DNA of 62,853 nucleotides, from contig JALUTT010000018.1 of NCBI GenBank assembly GCA_027021705.1, positions 1-62,853 on the forward strand, given 5' to 3'. Both the position numbers and the translations under genes were made by a program. Numbering within the stretch: position 1 is the first letter of the stretch; each line of letters begins with the position of its first letter. Positions 1 through 9,644 of this stretch are shown piece after piece. Source of the stretch: Anaerolineae bacterium (GTDB lineage: Bacteria; Chloroflexota; Anaerolineae; S140-20). The notes beneath the pieces are model-generated. The model was given only the letters and a program-made list of their open reading frames with translations. It did no database searches and was not told the origin of the DNA.

Positions 1-1458
1 ATGGTCTGGACTTGGGTCGAGATCGGCGTGTTGAGGCTGCTGCGCCTCTCTCCGGTGCCCTTGAACCGGCTCCGGCGCTGGGCCATCATCCTGGGCCTCT
101 TCGTCGCCTCGCCGGTCGTGGGACGGATTATGGTCAGGGGGGGGAAGCTCCCCCAGCTCCTGCTGGGAGGGCTTGGTGGCCTCGTCGGGGGGCTCATCCT
201 CTACCGGTTGGGCCGGATGGAGTATGGCATCCTGGCCATCGCCGCCACCGCCGGCTTCGTCCGCTTCAAGCTGCCCACAGGCACCCAGAGCGAGATCGTC
301 GCCAGCTTGCTCGTCTCTCTCCTCATCCTGGGTGTCTGGGTGGCCAAGATGTTGCTCGTCGAAAAGCGGCTCACCATCAAGCCGGCCCCGACGAACCGCC
401 CTTTGCTGAGTTTTATGGCCGTCTGCGTTATCGCTTACGTTTGGAGCAATGCCTTCCGAGACCCCCTGGTGAAAAGCTGGGGAAGCTTCCCGATGGTCCA
501 GCTAGCCTCCCTGGCCGTGATGCTGGCCTTGCCCGGCGTCTACCTCCTGGTCTCCAACTACGTGGAGGAGATAGGCTGGCTGAAGGTCCTGGCCTGGATC
601 ATCCTGGTCATCGGGGCCGGGGCCATCGTCTCCTACAAGTGGGGGTTGCCCACCAAGCGCATCTTCGGCACCGGAGGCATCTTTCCCACCTGGTTCATCG
701 CTCTGGCCTATGCCTTCGTCCTCTTCGACGAGACGCTGAACTGGAAGGTTCGCCTGGGCCTGGTGGGCTTTATGGCCCTCTGGATCTACTGGGTCTTCTT
801 CAAAGGGCTGCTGTGGATGTCGGGCTGGGTGCCGGCCTTCACGGCGATGGGGGTCATCACCCTCCTGCGCTCCCGCAAGCTGACCGTCCTGGCCGGTATC
901 GCTGTCCTAGCTTACTTGGCGATCAACTACGAGTACTACTACGAGAAGGTCATCGTCGCTTCCGAGGAGGAGGGGGACTACCAACGGTTGGAACTCTGGA
1001 AGACCAACCTGGACCTGGTCTCTAAGCATCCGCTCCTGGGCACGGGGCCGGCAGGCTACGCAGTCTACTACATGACCTACCACCCGGAGAATGCCCGCTC
1101 CACCCACAACAACTACTTCGACATCATCGCCCAGACGGGGGTCATCGGGATCAGCCTCTACCTCTGGTTCTTCGCCTCGCTGGCCTGGGCCGGCTACAAG
1201 CTCTTCCGCGTGTTGAGGTACCAACGGGACTTCGAGGTCGCTTTCGCTGCCGGTACGTTGGGGGGAACCGTTGGGGCGATCCTCTCCGGGATGCTGGGGG
1301 ATTGGGTCATCCCCTTCGCCTACAACCAGACGATCCGAGGGTTCGACCATTCCGTCTACTCCTGGCTGCTGATGGGCGGGATGATGGCGTTGTATCGGAT
1401 GAAGGTGGGGAAAGACGGAGGGGAAGCGCATTGTCTAATCCAACCAAAAGGAGTATAA
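1..1458 (+). CDS. O-antigen ligase / Wzy_C family polytopic membrane protein (true start may lie upstream)
   Basis: Many TM helices; RLELW...HPLLGTGPAGY and THNNYFDIIAQTGVIG motifs typical of Wzy_C. Confidence 0.8.
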   Translation: MVWTWVEIGVLRLLRLSPVPLNRLRRWAIILGLFVASPVVGRIMVRGGKLPQLLLGGLGGLVGGLILYRLGRMEYGILAIAATAGFVRFKLPTGTQSEIVASLLVSLLILGVWVAKMLLVEKRLTIKPAPTNRPLLSFMAVCVIAYVWSNAFRDPLVKSWGSFPMVQLASLAVMLALPGVYLLVSNYVEEIGWLKVLAWIILVIGAGAIVSYKWGLPTKRIFGTGGIFPTWFIALAYAFVLFDETLNWKVRLGLVGFMALWIYWVFFKGLLWMSGWVPAFTAMGVITLLRSRKLTVLAGIAVLAYLAINYEYYYEKVIVASEEEGDYQRLELWKTNLDLVSKHPLLGTGPAGYAVYYMTYHPENARSTHNNYFDIIAQTGVIGISLYLWFFASLAWAGYKLFRVLRYQRDFEVAFAAGTLGGTVGAILSGMLGDWVIPFAYNQTIRGFDHSVYSWLLMGGMMALYRMKVGKDGGEAHCLIQPKGV

Positions 1459-1459
1459 T
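1431..1459 (+). promoter_or_regulatory. sigma70-type promoter for the MNT gene
   Basis: TTGTCT-17 bp-TATAAT; imperfect inverted repeat ttgtct(aat)ccaacca / tggttggagacaa (1485-1497). Confidence 0.6.
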
Positions 1460-1501
1460 CCATTTTGTCGGATAAAAATCCATCTGGTTGGAGACAATGC
1501 G

Positions 1502-2047
1502 ATGTTTGAAGGGATATTCGCGACCAGTCAGGCACGGGTATTGCGTTTCCTGGCCCGCCGTATCGGACAGTCGTTTTACGAGCGCGAAATTGTGGAAGCC
1601 ACAGGGGTCAGTCGAAGCGCGGTCAACCTGGCAACCCGATCCCTTTGCAAGGCCGGTTTGCTTCTACGAGAGCGACGTGGGCGGATGAATTTCTACGCGG
1701 CCGACGACCGACATCCCTTTGTGCGGCAGTTCAAGGTGCTGGACACCGTCGCCCGGCTGGAACCGTTGCTACGGAAGCTACGGCCTCTGGCCCGCCAGAT
1801 CATCCTTTTCGGCAGTTGTGCCGAGGGCACGGACACGATGGACAGCGATGTGGATCTGTTCATCCTAACGTCGAATCGCGGTCAGACAATGGCGGTCATC
1901 AGCCATCATCCAATGGATCGCCCCATTCAGCCCGTTGTTGTAGACAACCAAGAGATGGTTTTGCTCAAAGAGCAAGACGCAGCGTTCTATGCTCAGGTCC
2001 AGCGCGGGATCGTGCTGTGGGAGGCAGGGGATGAATTGGGCTCTTGA
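1502..2047 (+). CDS. HTH + minimal nucleotidyltransferase (MNT antitoxin)
   Basis: N-terminal wHTH (REIVEATGVSRSAV); LFGSCAEG..SDVDL Pol-beta motif. Confidence 0.8.
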   Translation: MFEGIFATSQARVLRFLARRIGQSFYEREIVEATGVSRSAVNLATRSLCKAGLLLRERRGRMNFYAADDRHPFVRQFKVLDTVARLEPLLRKLRPLARQIILFGSCAEGTDTMDSDVDLFILTSNRGQTMAVISHHPMDRPIQPVVVDNQEMVLLKEQDAAFYAQVQRGIVLWEAGDELGS

Positions 2048-2201
2048 ATTTGATGATTTAGACGATGCCCGTGCTCTGCGGGAGGATGCGGATTATCGGA
2101 CAGAGTTTTCAGAGGCGGGTGCACGACACAATCTGACGGCTGCTAAAAAGCTGGTTGAGCAGGCCGATATGCTGCTGGCCGGATGGGAAGAGGGAGGATA
2201 G
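2031..2201 (+). pseudogene. HEPN toxin remnant with an apparent internal deletion
   Basis: 56 aa ORF overlapping the MNT stop; MNWALEFDD joined directly to the HEPN C-terminus ARALREDADY. Confidence 0.6.
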
Positions 2202-2208
2202 CTGTATT

Positions 2209-3537
2209 ATGGGAAAACAGGTGTCACGGCGAAGGTTTTTGGCGCTGACGGCGGGAGGGGCGGCGGCGCTGGGAGGCGCGGCCCTCCTGGAACCTCTCCT
2301 CGGTTTCTGGAGTCGGGTGGGCAAGCGGCTGGGGCTCATCCCACCCCCACCGGCCCCCTCCGTGCCCGGCCGGTCGGCCATCTACCGGGTAGATGGAATG
2401 CCCCGTCCCACCTGGCGACCGGCCGATGACCCGGCTGCCGACTGGCAGGCAACCCACGCCGGCGTTGAGGCTCTGCTGGACCTGATGGGCGAGCAGGGGC
2501 TTCCTTTCTACCGCTCGGCAGCCCAGGGAACCGACAGGCGCAGCGGCCCCGATGGGCTGGTCGGCCCCGACGACGTCGTCCTCATCAAGGTCAATGCCCA
2601 ATGGAAGCGGCGGGGGATGACCAGCACCGACGTGGTGCGCGGGCTCATCCGCGCCGTCCTGGCCCACCCCGATGGCTTCCGGGGGGAGGTCGTCATCGTC
2701 GAGAACGGCCAGTGGAAGCGGCATCTCCTGGCCGAGGAAGGGGAGAACAACGACGACTTTGAGCCGGATCACCCCCAGTCCTTCGCCGACGTGGCGGCCC
2801 TCTTTGCCGCTCAGGGGTTCGCCGTTTCCATCTACCCCTGGTCGGACCACCGCAACCAGGTGCGGGAGTGGGACGAGGGAGACGAGGAGGCGGGCTACGT
2901 GATGGCCGGCCCTTACCCCCTCAACTACCCCAAGTTCACCACCGCCTACGGTACCCGGATCAGCCTGCGGCGGGGCATCTGGGACGGGGAGCGATACGAC
3001 AACGACCGGCTCACCTTCATCAACCTGCCGGTCCTCAAGCACCACGACTGGTTTGGGACGACGGCAGCGGTCAAGAACTTTCTGGGGGTGATGTCCAAAT
3101 ACGCCGGCGTCGAGCAGATCGGCGGCAAGCCGGAGTTCCACGACGCCCTGATCAAGCCCTTCAACGGCCTGCCGCCGGGGCTGCCGGGCAGCCTGATGGC
3201 CCTCCGCTTCCCCGACCTGAACATCGTGGACGCCACCTACGTGGGCGTCTGGGGGAACCGCACCGATCAGGCGACTTATGAGCGGAGCCCACGCCAGGGG
3301 ACGCTGCTGGCGGGGCGGGACCCGGTGGCGTTGGACTACTACGCCGCCCGCGAGGTCCTAGGTCCGCTGAAGCGGGAGGCCGGCCTTCCCCGCTATCAGC
3401 AGGAGAACGGCGACCCGGACAAGGACGGCCTCTTCCGACGCTACCTCATCGCCTCGCAGGAGCGGCTTCTGGAGGCCGGCTACACCGTCCGCTTCGGCCC
3501 CGATGCCTTTGACCTCTTTTCCACGAGGCTGAGCTGA
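2209..3537 (+). CDS. Tat-exported DUF362 domain protein
   Basis: SRRRFL twin-arginine signal; VLIKVN, INLPVLKHH, AVKN and DPVALD motifs. Confidence 0.75.
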   Translation: MGKQVSRRRFLALTAGGAAALGGAALLEPLLGFWSRVGKRLGLIPPPPAPSVPGRSAIYRVDGMPRPTWRPADDPAADWQATHAGVEALLDLMGEQGLPFYRSAAQGTDRRSGPDGLVGPDDVVLIKVNAQWKRRGMTSTDVVRGLIRAVLAHPDGFRGEVVIVENGQWKRHLLAEEGENNDDFEPDHPQSFADVAALFAAQGFAVSIYPWSDHRNQVREWDEGDEEAGYVMAGPYPLNYPKFTTAYGTRISLRRGIWDGERYDNDRLTFINLPVLKHHDWFGTTAAVKNFLGVMSKYAGVEQIGGKPEFHDALIKPFNGLPPGLPGSLMALRFPDLNIVDATYVGVWGNRTDQATYERSPRQGTLLAGRDPVALDYYAAREVLGPLKREAGLPRYQQENGDPDKDGLFRRYLIASQERLLEAGYTVRFGPDAFDLFSTRLS

Positions 3538-4451
3538 TGGCGGAATCCACGCTCCTCTCCATCCTCATCGTCAACTGGAACACCCGGGAGTTGCTGGCCC
3601 AGTGCCTGCATTCCATCTACGCCGCGGCAGGCGACTTGGCCCTGGAGGTGGTGGTGGTGGACAACGCTTCCTCCGACGGCAGCGTGGAGATGGTCCGGCA
3701 GACCTTCCCCCAGGTGCGCCTCATCGCCAACGATGCGAACCTGGGCTTTGCCCGGGCCAACAACCAGGCCATCGCCGTCAGCCGGGGGCGCTATCTCCTG
3801 CTGCTCAACAGCGACACCGAGGTCAGGCCGGGGGCCTTGCAGGCGCTGGTGGCCTTTATGGACGCGCATCCGGAGGCCGGTGCCGTAGGGGGACGGCTGC
3901 GCTTCCCCGACGGTCGGGTGCAGGGGAGCCACGGTCGGCTGCCCACCCTCTTCTCGGAGATCGTGAACACGCTGGGCTTCGTCGCTTGGCGCTCCACCTC
4001 GCCGGCCGACGCCGAGGCTGCGCCGGACGACCGCCGGGCCGTCGAGACGGAGTGGCTGCTGGGAGCCTGCCTGATGGTGCGCCGGGAAGTGGTCGAGCAG
4101 GTGGGAGGGCTGGACGAGCAGTTCTTCATCTATTCCGAGGAGATTGACTGGTGCCGGCGCATCCGAGAGGCGGGCTGGCGTATCTTCTACCTGCCCCAGG
4201 CCGAGGTGATCCACTACTGGCGGGGGAGCACCCGTCAGCGGCAGGCGGCGATGAAGGCGGAGCTCTACCGCAGCAAGCTCCAGTACTTCCGCAAGCACGA
4301 CGGTCCCTGGGCGGCGCTGGCCCTGCGCGGCGCGGTCCTGATCACCTCTTTGGGCAAATCGGCCCTCTACGGGCTCCTGGCCCTGGCCCAACACCATCGC
4401 CGTCTTCAGGCCCGGATGTGGTGGACCGTTGCCCGCCGGATGTTGCCGTAG
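3537..4451 (+). CDS. GT2 family glycosyltransferase (WbbL/rhamnosyltransferase-like)
   Basis: [43 protein letters not shown]. Confidence 0.9.
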   Translation: MAESTLLSILIVNWNTRELLAQCLHSIYAAAGDLALEVVVVDNASSDGSVEMVRQTFPQVRLIANDANLGFARANNQAIAVSRGRYLLLLNSDTEVRPGALQALVAFMDAHPEAGAVGGRLRFPDGRVQGSHGRLPTLFSEIVNTLGFVAWRSTSPADAEAAPDDRRAVETEWLLGACLMVRREVVEQVGGLDEQFFIYSEEIDWCRRIREAGWRIFYLPQAEVIHYWRGSTRQRQAAMKAELYRSKLQYFRKHDGPWAALALRGAVLITSLGKSALYGLLALAQHHRRLQARMWWTVARRMLP

Positions 4452-4484
4452 TCCGCAGTCCACAGTCCGCAGTCCACAGTCGGC
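4450..4484. repeat. Heptamer tandem array (AGTCCRC) x5
   Basis: agtccgc agtccac agtccgc agtccac agtcggc right after the GT2 stop. Confidence 0.8.
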
Positions 4485-4535
4485 GGTCAGTCTACAAAGC
4501 GTGAAGTGTGAGCAAGAGTGGGAGGCGATTGAACG

Positions 4536-6185
4536 ATGACCCGACGACATCGTGTTCTCATCCTGGGGTTGGACGGTGCGACCTTTGACATCATCAAACC
4601 GCTGGTGGCCCAGGGGAAGCTGCCCCACCTGGCCCGCCTGATGCGGGAGGGGACCCACGGGGTGCTGGCGTCCACCTTCCCCCCTATCACCCCCACGGCC
4701 TGGACCTCGTTTATGACGGGGAAGAACCCGGGGCGGCACGGCATCTTCGACTTCGAGCAGGCGGCCTGGGGGAGCTACGACTTCAGGCCGGTGCCGGCCA
4801 ACCAGCACGGCCACAAGACGCTCTGGCGGATTGCCGGGGAGCAGGGCCGGACCGCCGTCGTCATTGACGTGCCCTTCACCTACCCGCCCGAGCCCATCCG
4901 AGGCTACATGATCACCGGCTACGGTACGCCGGTGGCCGGTGCTCCCTCCTTCACCCATCCGCCCGACCTGGAGCAGGAGCTGGCCGCCGCCTGTGGCGAG
5001 TGCCGACCCGCCATCCCCGAAAGCCTCCCCAATCTGACCCCCGACTTCTTCCGGGAGTGGGATCGGCTCCTGGACAACCGGGACTGCATCAACGACTACC
5101 TACTGCGGGAGGTGGACTGGGACCTCTACATGATCGTCTTCGGGGTGACGGACAACGTCCAGCACGTCCTCTGGAACTACCTGGAGCCGCTGCACCCCGA
5201 TTACCACAGCAAGGAGGGGGCCGACTTCCGGGCCCGCCTCTTCCACTACTACGAGCGGGTGGATGCCTCCATCGGGCGGATGCTGGCCCACGTGGACGAG
5301 GGGACCCACATCGTTGTGATGTCCGACCACGGCTTTGGCAGCGTCCGTCCCGGCCTCTTCCTGCCGGGCCTGCTGATGGAGTGGGGGATGCTGAAGTTCC
5401 GTCAGTCGGCCCTGGCCGGGGTGGGGGAGCGGGCGATGCGCTTCGTGCTGAACCTCTACCGCCGCAGCCCCCGCCTGCGGGCGATGCTCAACCGGATGCG
5501 CACGGAGAACAAGGAGCGGCTGCGCAGCGCGATGACCAAGGCCAACCTGCTTCCTTCGATGGATCAAGTGGACTGGTCTCAGACGAAGGTCTTCGCCACC
5601 CGCTTTGGCGTCAACCTCTTCGTCAACCGGGTGGGGCGTTTCCCCCACGGGATTGTGCGACCAGGGGCCGAGTACGGGGCCCTGCTTCAGGAGCTGGAGG
5701 AGCGGTTGCTGGGCCTGCGGGACGAGGCGCTGGGGACGCCGGTGGTCAAAGCGGTCCATCGGCGGGAGGCCCTCTACCGGGGGGAGCACACCGAGTTGGG
5801 GCCTGACCTGGTCGTCGAGTGGGCCAACCTCTACGATCCGGCCCGGGATGGCAGGAATGACGTGCGGGTGCCCGGTGTGGTGGGCAACCACGTGCCCGAG
5901 GGGGTCTACATCCTACACGGGCCGGGCGTGCGGCCTGGCGCGACCCTCGATGCCCAGATCACCGACATCGCGCCGACGGTGCTCTACCTGATGGGGCTGC
6001 CGGTGCCCTCGGATATGGACGGGCGGGTGCTGCTAGAGGCGTTGGAGCCGGCCTATACCCAGGACCATCCGGTGGTGGCGGGGGAGCCGGCCGTCGTCGC
6101 CGGCCCCGTCGAAGGCTACAGCTACAGCGCCGAGGAGCAAGCCCAGATCGAGGAGCAGCTTCGCGGGCTGGGGTACATTGATTAG
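4536..6185 (+). CDS. Alkaline phosphatase superfamily (type I phosphodiesterase/nucleotide pyrophosphatase) protein
   Basis: LGLDGA, STFPPITPTAWTSFMTGKNPGRHG, MSDHGFG, DIAPTVL, C-terminal LRGLGYI. Confidence 0.85.
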   Translation: MTRRHRVLILGLDGATFDIIKPLVAQGKLPHLARLMREGTHGVLASTFPPITPTAWTSFMTGKNPGRHGIFDFEQAAWGSYDFRPVPANQHGHKTLWRIAGEQGRTAVVIDVPFTYPPEPIRGYMITGYGTPVAGAPSFTHPPDLEQELAAACGECRPAIPESLPNLTPDFFREWDRLLDNRDCINDYLLREVDWDLYMIVFGVTDNVQHVLWNYLEPLHPDYHSKEGADFRARLFHYYERVDASIGRMLAHVDEGTHIVVMSDHGFGSVRPGLFLPGLLMEWGMLKFRQSALAGVGERAMRFVLNLYRRSPRLRAMLNRMRTENKERLRSAMTKANLLPSMDQVDWSQTKVFATRFGVNLFVNRVGRFPHGIVRPGAEYGALLQELEERLLGLRDEALGTPVVKAVHRREALYRGEHTELGPDLVVEWANLYDPARDGRNDVRVPGVVGNHVPEGVYILHGPGVRPGATLDAQITDIAPTVLYLMGLPVPSDMDGRVLLEALEPAYTQDHPVVAGEPAVVAGPVEGYSYSAEEQAQIEEQLRGLGYID

Positions 6186-6249
6186 AGCGTGACCAAAAGG
6201 GGTTGGTGTAAGGGCAGCCTGCAGGTCACCCTTATGCCTCCCAACAAGT

Positions 6250-6317
6250 TTTGTGAGAAATTCGTGGACAGCCTGCTACGGACCACTCTCTCGCTCACTT
6301 GTGGGTAATCACCGCAG
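6250..6317. repeat. 68 bp dispersed repeat, inverted copy of 60600-60667
   Basis: Reverse complement of 60600-60667 matches with 4 mismatches. Confidence 0.9.
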
Positions 6318-6452
6318 GGTTTGTGGATTGACGATTGGTGCATGAGGTTGTAAAATTTTCGAAGGGGGGTGACAGACGGTGCTTTCCCCGCAGTCCAGAT
6401 GCATTTGGGGTATCGGATTCGCCGGTCCGCAAGGACTACCATCAACCAGAGA

Positions 6453-7994
6453 ATGAAAGCCATCGCTATGAAACTGAAATCGCTGGCTTGTTACCGTGCC
6501 ATCAAGGCGAGCCTGCGTGCCCGCTTCGCCTTGGGCCTCGCTTTGCCCATCTTTCTGATGATGGCCCTGTTGTCTCTGGTGCACTCTCAACGCGAACGTC
6601 AGCTCTTTGAAGCGCAGCTTCGGCTCTCTTCTTCACAACTGGGTGATATGTTGATGGGGAGCCTGCGCCATGCGATGCTCACGGACGACCGTGCAATGAT
6701 CGGCGAGATCCTGGACAGCGTCGCGCAGATGGACACCATCCAGCGGATCCAGATCATTGACCTGAATGGGGAGGTAAGGGTGGACAGCGCGGGTCGGGAT
6801 GTGGGGAAGCGACATCGCGAAGGTGACCTGGGGTGTAAGGAGTGTCACCGATTCCCTCCCGAAGACCGTCCTCGCACGGCGAAGCTCATCGTCGCCTCGA
6901 ATGTGCTGCGGATTTCCACGCCCATCGCCAACGGGCCGGAGTGTGTCAGGTGTCATTCGGAGAAAAACGGACACCTCGGTGTGTTGCTAGTTGATGCCTC
7001 CCTCGTGGATTTTGAGAGGCATCTGTGGAACGATCTGAAGATCGAGGCGGTGATCACCCTGATGATGACGGTGGTGATCATCCTGGTGGTCTATGCGCTG
7101 GTCCATCGCCTCGTTATACGCCGGATGGTTGCCCTGAGCAGACCCCTGGCGAGGTTGGCTGCAGGGGACTTCTCCACCAGGCTCCCGGTCTCGTCGGGTC
7201 CTCCCGACGAATTGGACCGGTTGGCGGGCACCTTGAACAGGATGGCCGAGGAGTTGGAGCGCCACGTCCGTGAGCAGGAGGAGCACCATCAGTTGCGGGA
7301 ACAGGCGATCATTGAAGAGCGCGAACGGATTGCCCGCGAGCTGCACGACGGAATCGCCCAGCTCCTCGGGTATGTCAATACCAAAGCGATGGCAGTACGG
7401 TTGATGCTTAAGAACCAGAAGCTTGAGGCAGCCGACCAACAACTGTTTCAGCTCGAGGAGGCAGCCCGCCGGCTCTTTGTGGATGTGCGGGAGGCGATCC
7501 TGGGGTTGAGGATTGCGGGGCGTAATAAGGGCGCTAGCCTGGCCGCTACTTTGGAGGAGTTCACCATCCAGTTCAGCCGACTAAGTGGTCTGCCCGTTCA
7601 GCTCACGCTGGCCCCGGCGGTCGAAGACCTCTCGCTTAAGGCCGAGGTCGAACTGCACTTGATACGCATCGTCCAGGAAGCATTGGCCAACGTTCGCAAA
7701 CACGCGATGGCTACCAATGCTCAGGTGCGCTTGGAGGTTCACGATGGGACGCTAGAGCTCGAGGTTAGCGATAACGGTGTCGGCTTCGACCCCAACCATA
7801 TCCAGGCGGACCGCCGGCCCCATTTCGGGCTGTGCACGATGCGCGAGCGAGCCGAGGCGATCGGGGCCGAGTTTCAACTGGACTCTAGGCCGGGCGTAGG
7901 GACCCGCATTGTCGTGCGCCTGCCGCTTGAGAAATCGTCCCAACGATCAATGGTGAAGGAGGATGGACACAATGCGCGTGCTGGTAGCCGATGA
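6453..7994 (+). CDS. HAMP/HisKA_3 sensor histidine kinase with a diheme-c extracytoplasmic domain
   Basis: 2 TM helices; CKECH (6834-6848) and CVRCH (6942-6956) between them; HAMP; ERERIARELHD; QEALANVRKH; DNGVGF. Start uncertain (6453 or 6468). Confidence 0.9.
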   Translation: MKAIAMKLKSLACYRAIKASLRARFALGLALPIFLMMALLSLVHSQRERQLFEAQLRLSSSQLGDMLMGSLRHAMLTDDRAMIGEILDSVAQMDTIQRIQIIDLNGEVRVDSAGRDVGKRHREGDLGCKECHRFPPEDRPRTAKLIVASNVLRISTPIANGPECVRCHSEKNGHLGVLLVDASLVDFERHLWNDLKIEAVITLMMTVVIILVVYALVHRLVIRRMVALSRPLARLAAGDFSTRLPVSSGPPDELDRLAGTLNRMAEELERHVREQEEHHQLREQAIIEERERIARELHDGIAQLLGYVNTKAMAVRLMLKNQKLEAADQQLFQLEEAARRLFVDVREAILGLRIAGRNKGASLAATLEEFTIQFSRLSGLPVQLTLAPAVEDLSLKAEVELHLIRIVQEALANVRKHAMATNAQVRLEVHDGTLELEVSDNGVGFDPNHIQADRRPHFGLCTMRERAEAIGAEFQLDSRPGVGTRIVVRLPLEKSSQRSMVKEDGHNARAGSR

Positions 7995-8634
7995 TCACTC
8001 GCTGTTCCGTGACGGCATTATCAGCTTGTTGGAGGCGGCAGGGTTTGAGGTCGTCGGGCAGGTCGGCGACGGCCAAGCAGCCGTTGAGGCGGTGCTGCGC
8101 CTGCGCCCGGACCTGGTGTTGATGGACATCACAATGCCCCGAATGAGCGGCTTGGAGGCGTTGCGCATCATCAAGCAGATGTTGCCTGAGACCCAGGTCG
8201 TGATGTTGACCGTCTCCGATGACGATGCTGACCTCTTCGAGGCCATCAGATCGGGGGCCAGCGGCTACCTGCTGAAGAGCCTAAATGCTGAGGAGTTCCT
8301 GACGATGTTGAACGGCCTGCAGCGGGGTGAGGCGGCGATGACCCGGAAGACGACGGCCCGCTTGATCCGAGGGCTCACCGAGTCGTCTTCCCGGCCTCAG
8401 CATGATAGGTCGGTGCAGCGCCTGACCGAACGGGAGATAGAGCTTCTCCGGCTGGTGGCCGAGGGGATGTCGAACAAAGCCATCGCCCACGCCCTCTCGG
8501 TCAGCGAGAACACGGTCAAGTACCATATGAAGAACATCCTTCAGAAGCTGAACGCCCAGAACCGGACGGAAGCGGTTACCCACGCCATTCGCGCTGGATT
8601 GCTCGATCTGACCTCTACAGATGATGGCAAGTAG
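7972..8634 (+). CDS. NarL/LuxR family response regulator
   Basis: VADDH, LMDITMP, GYLLK, LTEREIELL..GMSNKAIA; AGGAGG RBS upstream. Confidence 0.95.
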   Translation: MRVLVADDHSLFRDGIISLLEAAGFEVVGQVGDGQAAVEAVLRLRPDLVLMDITMPRMSGLEALRIIKQMLPETQVVMLTVSDDDADLFEAIRSGASGYLLKSLNAEEFLTMLNGLQRGEAAMTRKTTARLIRGLTESSSRPQHDRSVQRLTEREIELLRLVAEGMSNKAIAHALSVSENTVKYHMKNILQKLNAQNRTEAVTHAIRAGLLDLTSTDDGK

Positions 8635-8830
8635 CCTGAGTTCTTCCAGGGGGCGTGGGACGGCTTGTCGGGCCGTCCCGCTTTGCTTCTGTACGGGGTG
8701 CGTCCGAGGCGTGTTGCTTCTCTTTTCTCCTTCTTGGCTCCCTGCGCTCGCGGCTGTGTAACCCGATTCACGGTGCCTGTTGGGTAAGGGTTGATCGGTC
8801 ATTGCGCCGCGATGGTGGCGGGAACCCTCC

Positions 8831-8871
8831 TACCCATTTGGGTAAATCTCCCCCCTCGCCCACCTAGGTGG
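8831..8871. promoter_or_regulatory. Candidate NarL-family operator palindromes
   Basis: TACCCA-TT-TGGGTA (8831-8844) and CCACCTAGGTGG (8860-8871). Confidence 0.45.
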
Positions 8872-8926
8872 TTTTCCCCATTGGAATTCCTACCCGCACT
8901 GATGCTCATCCTTGGACGAATGGGTG

Positions 8927-8955
8927 TTGTTGGACACCTCTTCCTCGCTTAGAAT
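8927..8955 (+). promoter_or_regulatory. Candidate promoter of the cytochrome operon
   Basis: TTGTTG-17 bp-TAGAAT followed by an AT-rich stretch. Confidence 0.4.
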
Positions 8956-9144
8956 TAAGGCGTAAATTTTGCGTAAAATTTCTCGAAGTAGCTGGCAGGA
9001 CGCCGGGACTGTGTGGGCTGGCAGATGTTGATTCCTGGCAAAACCCTGGGCCGCTTACCTGAATACTGGACAACTGCCCCCCGGCCAGATACCTTTGGGT
9101 GGGAATCAGCCATAGATAGTTGTCAGCCAGTCGAGGGGTGCAGA

Positions 9145-9516
9145 GTGCGGATATGCGTTGCCATTCTGTCAAGCCATTCGCTTTTTGCCGAAGGCGTTGT
9201 TAACCGGCTGCGCCAATACTTGCACGATGTGGAATTTGCGATTGTAGACCCCCGGCGGCCGGACGTGATGTCCCAAATCGCTGCTGTCTGCCCCACAGTT
9301 GTACTCCTGGATGTCACGGATCCTGCAACAACTCGGTTTTGCCCTTTGAGCAAGCTTCTACTAACCTTTCCAGAGCTTAAGGTGATACGCTTGGATCAGC
9401 AGCATGAGCAGATTCAGGTGCTGACCAGCGAACGCCGACCAGCCGTGAGGATCCGTGATCTGGTCGAGGTCATCGCTGCCAACGACTCGTCAGGTCCCAA
9501 GCAGGCCCACGTGTGA
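9145..9516 (+). CDS. Stand-alone degenerate receiver (REC-like) domain protein
   Basis: GTG start after GAGGGG; VAILSSHSLFAEGV resembles VLVADDHSLFRDGI of the neighbouring regulator; VVLLD. Confidence 0.55.
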   Translation: MRICVAILSSHSLFAEGVVNRLRQYLHDVEFAIVDPRRPDVMSQIAAVCPTVVLLDVTDPATTRFCPLSKLLLTFPELKVIRLDQQHEQIQVLTSERRPAVRIRDLVEVIAANDSSGPKQAHV

Positions 9517-9549
9517 TAGGGCCATCCCCTAACGCCTGAAGGTGGCGCG

Positions 9550-9577
9550 TTTCCCCACGCTTTATGCAGTGGGGAAA
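9550..9577. other. Intergenic hairpin
   Basis: TTTCCCCAC...GTGGGGAAA 9 bp stem. Confidence 0.45.
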
Positions 9578-9644
9578 TTACAAGCTTTGTTTGTGAATAA
9601 CGACACATACCAGCGGCGTTGCCGGCAAGGGTAGGGAGAGCTCC

